Positions 1 through 5,746 of a stretch of DNA of 10,747 nt are shown here, one piece after another. The notes under the pieces were generated by a model. It searched no databases. It worked only from the letters and a program-made list of their open reading frames with translations, and was not told the origin of the DNA. Position 1 is the stretch's first letter, and each line of letters opens with the position of its first letter. The stretch comes from a bacterium (GTDB taxonomy: Bacteria > Sysuimicrobiota > Sysuimicrobiia > Sysuimicrobiales > Kaftiobacteriaceae): positions 1-10,747 of the forward strand of contig JBIOWP010000146.1 of NCBI GenBank assembly GCA_044868695.1, written 5' to 3'. The translations under genes and the position numbers were made by a program.

Positions 1-311
1 ATCGGCCGCCCACAATGTGGACACATCCAGGCATCCGGGTCTTTTACGAACCGCATCAGATGGGTGTAGCCGTCAGATTGCGTCGTCCTAGCCGGCTCAA
101 GGAGCTGGATAACCATAGGCACGTAACGAGCCCCTGGTTGCACCTTCCGAACAAACTTCTTCTGAACCAGTTGAAACAATGAGTCATGGACTTTAGTCTT
201 CGGGAGCCCTGTTTCCCTGCTCAACTCCTCCCCGGTAACTTTAACCTTGTAGCCTGGCGGGACGGCCCTTCGGCGCAAGGCTGTCAAAACTCGGTCTATA
301 TTTGTCGGCAT
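1..311 (-). CDS. Winged helix-turn-helix protein with a CPHCG zinc-knuckle motif (C-terminal part runs off the window start)
   Basis: Not in the ORF track. My translation from ATG at 311 has no stop to position 1: MPTNIDRVLTALRRRAVPPGYKVKVTGEELSRETGLPKTKVHDSLFQLVQKKFVRKVQPGARYVPMVIQLLEPARTTQSDGYTHLMRFVKDPDAWMCPHCGRP. 'EELSRETGLPKTKVHDSLFQLVQKKFVRK' fits a wHTH pattern. SD-like GGAGAG lies just upstream. Confidence 0.7.
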   Translation of the reverse strand, partial: MPTNIDRVLTALRRRAVPPGYKVKVTGEELSRETGLPKTKVHDSLFQLVQKKFVRKVQPGARYVPMVIQLLEPARTTQSDGYTHLMRFVKDPDAWMCPHCGRP

Positions 312-335
312 GATATGCTCTCCTGGCAAATCCGC

Positions 336-518
336 CTACTTCCTGCGAAGAGAAAGCACGACCCCGTCGTTGTTACGGGTTACGCTAACATCAAACCCCC
401 GATTCTCGTCGAGAAAGCTCTCCACGATCGCCGCATCCTCCTCCCGGAGGGGAATGAGGATCTCTGCCGGTTCGATCAGCTTGTTCGTGTCGAAACCTCT
501 ACTGATTGTAATCAGCAC
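336..518 (-). CDS. Small hypothetical protein (~60 aa)
   Basis: Part of track ORF 336..566. The GTG at 518 follows GAGGTGG and lies downstream of a candidate sigma70 promoter, whereas the ATG at 566 falls inside that promoter's spacer. It ends 24 nt before the wHTH start on the same strand. No family recognised. Confidence 0.45.
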   Translation of the reverse strand: MLITISRGFDTNKLIEPAEILIPLREEDAAIVESFLDENRGFDVSVTRNNDGVVLSLRRK

Positions 519-550
519 AAGCCACCTCGTTGCGTGTAGGCTCGCTTCTA

Positions 551-580
551 AAAGTATCCCTCTCATTGTTAGTGCGTCAA
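551..580 (-). promoter_or_regulatory. Candidate sigma70 promoter for the small ORF/wHTH pair
   Basis: Minus strand TTGACG (580-575), 18-nt spacer, TACTTT (556-551). GATACT at a 16-nt spacer is an alternative -10. Confidence 0.45.
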
Positions 581-596
581 GGACTACCGTCTGCTT

Positions 597-614
597 GCTA
601 GGATCGATTCTAGC
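597..614. promoter_or_regulatory. 18-bp imperfect palindrome (possible operator or hairpin)
   Basis: GCTAGGATCGATTCTAGC matches its reverse complement at 16/18 positions and sits 16 bp upstream of the candidate -35. Confidence 0.3.
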
Positions 615-751
615 GACCGGTACTTAACGCTGTGGGGAATCGCCCAGTAGGTGCTGATCTACTGGCCGCCCACACGGACGAAGTTGCTGGTGCCGAAGAA
701 CTGAAACGGTACCTGCCTCGACTACCGCTTTCGGACATCTCGGTAGTGATA

Positions 752-844
752 GTCCTTCGACTCGCTTCGCTCGCTCAGGACATTCGACTCGATGCGCTGG
801 TCGAAGACCATGAGCGAGGCTGCGGCAGCAGGCGAGTCGAATGG
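752..844. repeat. REP-like inverted palindromic element abutting the SRP RNA 3' end
   Basis: Unit GTCCTTCGACTCGCTTCGCTCGCTCAGGAC (752-781) and an inverted related unit (808-844, reverse complement CCATTCGACTCGC...CTCGCTCATGG). TTCGACTCG occurs three times (756-764, 783-791, inverted at 833-841). Confidence 0.6.
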
Positions 845-1112
845 CCGTGCACCCACCTTCGACACGCACCGCCCAGGCGGACCCGGCGCCGCCGGCTCCA
901 GCCAGGTGTCCCTGCGGCACACGAGACGACTGACGTACCGTTGCTTCCTTCCGGATCTGGCGGGGTTGGCCAGATCTCGTTGCGCAGGACCCGGCCTTCG
1001 TCACCGCGTACCCCGGCCGGACCCTGAGCGACGGCGCCTCAGATGGGAATTCAGCCCCGCTATAGCGGATTGCGGGTACAGGGAACCGCTAGCTCCCCAC
1101 CTAGCACGGCCA
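842..1112 (-). ncRNA. ffs: Signal recognition particle RNA, large (Bacillus scRNA-type, with Alu domain)
   Basis: Minus strand reads TGGCCGTGCTAGGTGGGGAGCTAGCGGTTCCCTGTACCCGCAATCCGCTATAGCGGGGCTGAATTCCC...GGGTCCTGCGCAACG...AACCCCGCCAGATCCGGAAGGAAGCAACGGTA...GTGCCGCAGGG...GTGCACGGCCA. This is colinear with B. subtilis scRNA as I recall it. The ends TGGCCGTGC/GCACGGCCA are complementary, helix 8 has the GGAA tetraloop, and the length is ~271 nt. Confidence 0.95.
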
Positions 1113-1117
1113 CACTG

Positions 1118-1123
1118 ATTCTA
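1118..1123 (-). promoter_or_regulatory. -10 element of the ffs promoter
   Basis: TAGAAT on the minus strand, 5 nt before the first base of the terminal helix. No recognisable -35 because heptamer repeats occupy that region. Confidence 0.6.
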
Positions 1124-1127
1124 CTAC

Positions 1128-1221
1128 GGGAGCAGGGAGCAGGGATTAGGGATTAGGAACGGCATCGTACAGGGCTCATCCTCTCATCTCGCCCAATCCC
1201 TACTCCCTAATCCCTACTCCC
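1128..1221. repeat. Inverted pair of heptamer tandem-repeat tracts
   Basis: GGGAGCA GGGAGCA GGGATTA GGGATTA GG (1128-1157) faces CCCAAT CCCTACT CCCTAAT CCCTACT CCC (1192-1221). Confidence 0.8.
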
Positions 1222-1231
1222 GCAGTTCGGG

Positions 1232-2248
1232 TCATATGTTCCAGCCGTAGAGCACCGCGAGCACGGCGACCAAGTTGTTGACCCCATGGACGACGATTCC
1301 GGGCACCAGGGACCCTGTCCGTTCCAACAGAAGCGCGAGCACCGCCCCCAGAAGCATGATCGGCAGAAAGTGCACGATCTGCTGGTGCACGGCGCCGAAG
1401 TACAGGGCGGACACCAGCGTTGCCGCCGGAAGCCCCCACCGGCGCAGCGTACGGAAGACAAAACCTCGGAAAAACACTTCCTCTCCCACCGGGACGAGCA
1501 CACACACAAGGATGACGATCCACGCGAGCTCCGCCGGCGCGAGCCGGCCCTGCAGGATGGCGGTCAGCACGTCACTCGCGTGCTCCGCGGCGGCCATTGC
1601 CTGAGCCCGCTGCGCCCCGAGAACCAGACCGATGATCCACACCGCCAGCCCTTCCGCCGCCGTACTCAGCGGGATGGTGGCGGCTCCGATAAGCGCGCCC
1701 ACGACGCTCAGCATGAGCCACCGGTCCGTCCGGACCCCGACGCTGGTCAGCGGCCGCCGGTATCGCACGCGCACGACGTACCAGACCAATCCGACAAACA
1801 CCGCATTCTGCACGAGCGCGAAGAGGGACACGTCGGCGAGCGTCGGGATCTCGTGCACGCCCACCGCCTGCGCAATTACCGGCAGCGAGATCATGAACAC
1901 CGCGCTGATGCCGATGACTTCGCCCAATCCCCAGGTCACCGGGAACGATTCGAACGCGATGGCGCGGCCGCAGTGCAGGCAGGAGGCGCGGTGACTGAGC
2001 GTTCCGCGGCCGCACGACGGGCAGGGCGCGACGTCACCGATGGGCCGAGCCGCGATCAGGTAGAGCGGCAGGAAGATCGGGCCTGCCCCTACCAGCGTGC
2101 CGAGAGCCCACACCCAACCTTCCCCAGGTCCGCGGGGGAATCTGGCACGAGCGTCATTCAGCACCCACGCCGCGGCCGCGGCGGATACCAGGAAGAAAAT
2201 GAGCACCTCTGAGGGGATCACCTGAAGCGGTTGGATGTACGCGGGCAT
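1232..2248 (-). CDS. CPBP (CAAX protease/Abi) family intramembrane glutamic endopeptidase with an N-terminal membrane hairpin and zinc ribbon
   Basis: CPBP motifs EEVFFRG, FGAVH and HGVNN, plus many hydrophobic segments. CPSCG...CLHCG zinc ribbon near the N-terminus. Start is uncertain (ATG 2248 chosen, track gives 2335). Confidence 0.85.
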   Translation of the reverse strand: MPAYIQPLQVIPSEVLIFFLVSAAAAAWVLNDARARFPRGPGEGWVWALGTLVGAGPIFLPLYLIAARPIGDVAPCPSCGRGTLSHRASCLHCGRAIAFESFPVTWGLGEVIGISAVFMISLPVIAQAVGVHEIPTLADVSLFALVQNAVFVGLVWYVVRVRYRRPLTSVGVRTDRWLMLSVVGALIGAATIPLSTAAEGLAVWIIGLVLGAQRAQAMAAAEHASDVLTAILQGRLAPAELAWIVILVCVLVPVGEEVFFRGFVFRTLRRWGLPAATLVSALYFGAVHQQIVHFLPIMLLGAVLALLLERTGSLVPGIVVHGVNNLVAVLAVLYGWNI

Positions 2249-2382
2249 CGGCGCATGACATTCGTCGCGGATCGGGTAGGGTCCTAGTCCGAACACGCCA
2301 TCGACCGGTGCACGGACGTTCCAGAGGAGATGCATCCGGCCCGGCGAAGAGCAGCCTGGAACCGTTCATTCTGAGGTCGGTC

Positions 2383-4059
2383 ATGTCCCACGTTTCCTTC
2401 TACCGCAAGTGGCGCCCCAAGTCGTTTGAAGAGATCATCGGTCAGGAGCGGGTCACGCGAACGCTGCAAAACGCGATCCGCACCAACCGGGTCGTCCACG
2501 CATACCTGTTCGCGGGGCACCGGGGGACCGGCAAGACGACCACCGCGCGGATCCTCGCGAAAGCGCTCAACTGCGTTCAGGGCCCGACTGCGACGCCCTG
2601 CAACGCCTGCGCGAACTGCGAGGCGATCGGCGGCGGCTACTCGGTGGATGTCATCGAGATCGACGCCGCCAGCAACCGCGGCATTGAGGAGATCAGAGAA
2701 TTGCGCGACCGCATCCGGCTTGCGCCGACCGAGGGCCGGTACAAAGTCTACATCATCGACGAAGCGCACATGCTGACGACCGAAGCGGCCAACGCCCTCC
2801 TGAAGACGCTGGAGGAACCTCCGGCCCACGCCATCCTTGTCCTGGTGACCACGGAGCCGCACCGGCTCCCTCCGACGATCCTCTCACGCTGCCAGCGGTT
2901 CGACTTCCGGCGCGTGTCGCAGAAGGAAATCGCCACCCGGCTCAGGCAGATTGCCGCCGCGGAAGGGTTTGCCATCGACGACCAGGCGCTCGCGCTGATC
3001 GCCGGCAGCGCCGACGGCTCCGTCCGCGACGCGGAATCGGTGCTCGACCAGCTGGCGTCGTTCAGTCAGGATTCCATCACTTCGCGTGACGTCGTCGCCG
3101 TGCTGGGGATCGTGGAAGAACAGACGGCGCTGGCCTTCGCGGACGCCGTCATCGCCCGTGACGTGACCGCCTGCCTCGCCCTGATCGGTCACGTCGTCGA
3201 GGAAGGCAAGGACGTCCGTCAGGTCACCCGGACGCTGATTGACCATTTCCGGGACCTGCTGGTCGTCAAGACGGGGCAGCGCGATGCCGACACCCTTGAT
3301 ACGACGGAGGGGCGGTTGGCCTCGCTGGGAGCGCAGGCCGACAAGACAACCGCCGAAGAGATCCTCCGCGCTCTCAATATCCTCTCCGCGGTGGAGGGCG
3401 AGGCGCGCTGGAGCCCGGCGCCCAGGCTCCTGCTGGAGATCGCGCTGATCCGACTGTGCCGCCCGGAGATGGATCCCACGGTCGAAGGGCTGCGCGCACG
3501 GGTACATGCGATCGAGCAGCGGCTGGGCGGTTCACCGGCGCCGGCGCCGCCAGGTGAGCGGACGCCCACAGCGCCTCCGCGTCCCCCCGAGGGTCCCCGC
3601 CGGAAGACGCCGCAGCCGCGTCAGGACGACATCAAAGCCGAAGTCCCGGTCACCGGCGCGGTCGCGACGGTGGTCTCCGCGCAGGAGGTCCCAGTCCTGG
3701 TCATCGAGGACGTCCGACGGCAGTGGGGCCGCATTCTGGAAGAGGTCAAGCACACCAAGATGTTCTGCCACGCGCTGCTCATCGAGGGCAGCCCGCTGCG
3801 CATCGAGGGGTCCACCCTCGTGATCGGGCTGCGGACCGGCTACAACTTCCATGTGGAAAACCTGCACCGGCCCGAGAACCGCACCGTCGTGGAGACCGCC
3901 GTCGAGCGTGTGCTGCAGCGCCGGCTCCGGCTGCAGTGCACGGTTGACGACAGCACGCCCGTGGCACCTGCGCCCGCCCACGTTGATGGCGACCCCCTGG
4001 TGACAAAGGCTGCCGAACTCTTCGGGGCGCAGATCCTTGAAGTGAAGACGCTCGAATAG
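2383..4059 (+). CDS. dnaX: DNA polymerase III subunit gamma/tau
   Basis: YRKWRPKSFEEIIGQ, Walker A GHRGTGKTT, zinc module CVQG...PCNACANC, EIDAASNRG, IIDEAHML, SRC motif and a Pro-rich linker. ATG 2383 follows GAGGT. Confidence 0.97.
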   Translation: MSHVSFYRKWRPKSFEEIIGQERVTRTLQNAIRTNRVVHAYLFAGHRGTGKTTTARILAKALNCVQGPTATPCNACANCEAIGGGYSVDVIEIDAASNRGIEEIRELRDRIRLAPTEGRYKVYIIDEAHMLTTEAANALLKTLEEPPAHAILVLVTTEPHRLPPTILSRCQRFDFRRVSQKEIATRLRQIAAAEGFAIDDQALALIAGSADGSVRDAESVLDQLASFSQDSITSRDVVAVLGIVEEQTALAFADAVIARDVTACLALIGHVVEEGKDVRQVTRTLIDHFRDLLVVKTGQRDADTLDTTEGRLASLGAQADKTTAEEILRALNILSAVEGEARWSPAPRLLLEIALIRLCRPEMDPTVEGLRARVHAIEQRLGGSPAPAPPGERTPTAPPRPPEGPRRKTPQPRQDDIKAEVPVTGAVATVVSAQEVPVLVIEDVRRQWGRILEEVKHTKMFCHALLIEGSPLRIEGSTLVIGLRTGYNFHVENLHRPENRTVVETAVERVLQRRLRLQCTVDDSTPVAPAPAHVDGDPLVTKAAELFGAQILEVKTLE

Positions 4060-4087
4060 GCCCAGGGCTCACTGTTCCATATCGCAT

Positions 4088-4159
4088 GTCATCGCGAGCG
4101 CAGCGAAGCGATCACCTCCGAACAGGAGATTGCTTCGGGGCTTCGCCCCTCGCAATGAC
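4088..4159. repeat. REP-like palindromic element in the dnaX-ybaB spacer
   Basis: Outer stem GTCATCGCGAG/CTCGCAATGAC (10/11 paired), inner stem CGAAGCGATC/GATTGCTTCG, side hairpin GGGGCTTCGCCCC. Confidence 0.7.
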
Positions 4160-4195
4160 CGACGTAGACCCACTCCTGTCATCGAGGGTTGCTAG

Positions 4196-4510
4196 GTGCG
4201 CGATCTCGGCAAAATGATGAAACAGGTGCAAAAGCTGCAGCAGGACGTGGCGCGGCTGCAGGAAGAACTGAAGGCGGAGCGCGTGGAGGCCACCGCCGGC
4301 GGCGGGGTGGTCCGCGCGGTCGCGAACGGCCACGGAGAGCTGCAGGAGATCGTGATTGATCCGTCCATCGTCGACCGCTCCGACGTGGCCATGCTGCAGG
4401 ATCTCGTCGTCGTCGCGGTTGCCCAGGCCCAGCGCCTCGCCAAGCAGAAAGCCGACGAACGGATGCGCAGCCTCACCGGCGGGCTGCCGCTCCCGCCCGG
4501 CCTGACCTAA
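4196..4510 (+). CDS. ybaB: YbaB/EbfC family nucleoid-associated protein
   Basis: MMKQVQKLQQ...EATAGGGVVRAVANG...LQDLVVVAV...MRSLTGG. Conserved position between dnaX and recR. Confidence 0.95.
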   Translation: MRDLGKMMKQVQKLQQDVARLQEELKAERVEATAGGGVVRAVANGHGELQEIVIDPSIVDRSDVAMLQDLVVVAVAQAQRLAKQKADERMRSLTGGLPLPPGLT

Positions 4511-4516
4511 CTGACC

Positions 4517-5110
4517 ATGTACGCCGAACCACTTGCCCGCCTCATCGAAGAACTCTCGAGGATGCCCACCGTTGGCCCCAAGACAGCCCAGCGCCTGGCC
4601 TTCTATATCCTCCGCATGCCGAAAGAGGACGCCGAACGCCTCAGCCAGGCGATCCTCGACGCAAAAGCCAGGATCCACTACTGCAGCGTGTGTTTCCACA
4701 TCACCGATGTGGACCCGTGCGCCATTTGCAGCGGCGCGTCGCGGGTCCGCGGCATGATCTGCGTCGTCGAGGATCCGCGCGATGTCCTGGCGATGGAGCG
4801 AACCCGTGAATACCGGGGTCTGTATCACGTGCTCCACGGCGCGATCTCGCCGCTGGACGGCGTGGGCCCTGATGATCTGAAAATCGCGGAACTGCTGGCG
4901 CGCGTGAAGACGGGCGAGGTGACCGAGGTGATCGTCGCCACGAATCCGCGCGTGGAGGGCGAGGCCACCGCCATCTACCTCGCCAAGCTCCTCAAACCCC
5001 TGGGCGTGAAGGTCACCCGCATCGCCCACGGCCTGCCCGTCGGCGGCGACCTCGAGTACGTGGACGAGGTCACGCTGGCCAAGGCCATGGAGGGCCGCCG
5101 GGAAATGTAA
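4517..5110 (+). CDS. recR: Recombination mediator RecR
   Basis: Hh[15 protein letters not shown]4 zinc finger CSVC...PCAIC, Toprim [26 protein letters not shown] and [14 protein letters not shown]. Confidence 0.98.
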   Translation: MYAEPLARLIEELSRMPTVGPKTAQRLAFYILRMPKEDAERLSQAILDAKARIHYCSVCFHITDVDPCAICSGASRVRGMICVVEDPRDVLAMERTREYRGLYHVLHGAISPLDGVGPDDLKIAELLARVKTGEVTEVIVATNPRVEGEATAIYLAKLLKPLGVKVTRIAHGLPVGGDLEYVDEVTLAKAMEGRREM

Positions 5111-5122
5111 CGGACCGGACCC

Positions 5123-5152
5123 TGGAGAGTTCACCTCTGGCCGGTGTATACT
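5123..5152 (+). promoter_or_regulatory. Candidate promoter for the YkuK-family gene
   Basis: TATACT at 5147-5152 with a weak -35 TGGAGA at 5123-5128 (18-nt spacer). Confidence 0.35.
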
Positions 5153-5183
5153 GACGGGAGGCGTGCCAGGTACCTCCGGAGCC

Positions 5184-5654
5184 ATGGACTTTCATAGCCC
5201 CACGTACGGCAAACTCAACTTTCACCAGATGTTCATGCGTCTGGTGGACTACATGAGCGAGGATCCCGACCAGCGGTACCACCTGATCATCGGGACCGAC
5301 TCGCTCCTCAGCGAACGCACGTGCTTCGTTACCGCCATCATCGTCCACCGGGTCGGCCACGGGGGCCGCTATTTCTACCGCAAGATGATCAACCGGAAGA
5401 TGGAGAGCCTGCGCCAGCGCATCCTCTTCGAGACTTCCCTGAGTCTTGAGACCGCCGGAATGCTCAGCGCCGAGCTGTCCCGCAACGGCCATTCCGAGCT
5501 GCCGGTCGAGATCCACCTCGACGTGGGGCCCAACGGGGACACCAAGCGGATCATCCGCGAGGTCGTCGGAATGGTGACCGGGTCAGGCTACCTCGCTGTG
5601 ACCAAGCCCGATGCCTACGGCGCGAGCAAAGTCGCGGACAAGCACTCCAAGTAA
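5184..5654 (+). CDS. Ribonuclease H-like YkuK family protein
   Basis: FHSPTYG, IIGTDS, GGRYFY, RILFETSLSLE, EIHLDVGPNGDT and KPDAYGASKVADKH match the YkuK family pattern. GTG 5163 is an alternative start. Confidence 0.88.
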   Translation: MDFHSPTYGKLNFHQMFMRLVDYMSEDPDQRYHLIIGTDSLLSERTCFVTAIIVHRVGHGGRYFYRKMINRKMESLRQRILFETSLSLETAGMLSAELSRNGHSELPVEIHLDVGPNGDTKRIIREVVGMVTGSGYLAVTKPDAYGASKVADKHSK

Positions 5655-5661
5655 CAAACGA

Positions 5662-5740
5662 GCAGGGAACAAGGGAACGAGGGATCAAGGGAACAAGGAC
5701 TACGGCACGCTTCTCGTTTCCTTGTTCCCTGGTTCCCTGC
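5662..5740. repeat. Inverted octamer tandem repeats between convergent genes (possible bidirectional terminator-like hairpin)
   Basis: GGGAACAA GGGAACGA GGGATCAA GGGAACAA GG (5665-5698) is complementary to CCTTGTTCCCTGGTTCCCTGC (5720-5740). No U-tail on either side. Confidence 0.7.
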
Positions 5741-5746
5741 GGCGCG

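Noticed and set aside
186..627. Plus-strand ORFs 186..539 and 310..627
   Set aside because: They are antisense to the better-supported minus-strand pair that has SD sequences, a promoter and an HTH pattern.
752..850. tRNA-like signals (TTCGA T-loop-like motifs, CCA end)
   Set aside because: No cloverleaf can be built. The motifs belong to the palindromic repeat and the SRP terminal helix. I found no tRNA-Ser or tRNA-Sec in the window.
624..1118. Track ORFs 624..1004, 632..1027, 722..922 and 792..1118
   Set aside because: They overlap the SRP RNA and the REP-like palindrome (LRLASLAQD is just the translated repeat) and show no protein motifs.
2314..2367. Imperfect stem GGACGTTCCAG/CTGGAACCGTTC upstream of dnaX
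   Set aside because: No recognisable riboswitch or leader motif, and such pairing is plausible by chance at this GC content.
3480..3720. Programmed frameshift or slippage site producing the DnaX gamma subunit
   Set aside because: No A-AAA-AAG heptamer or long A run in the linker region. The short C run near 3583 encodes prolines.
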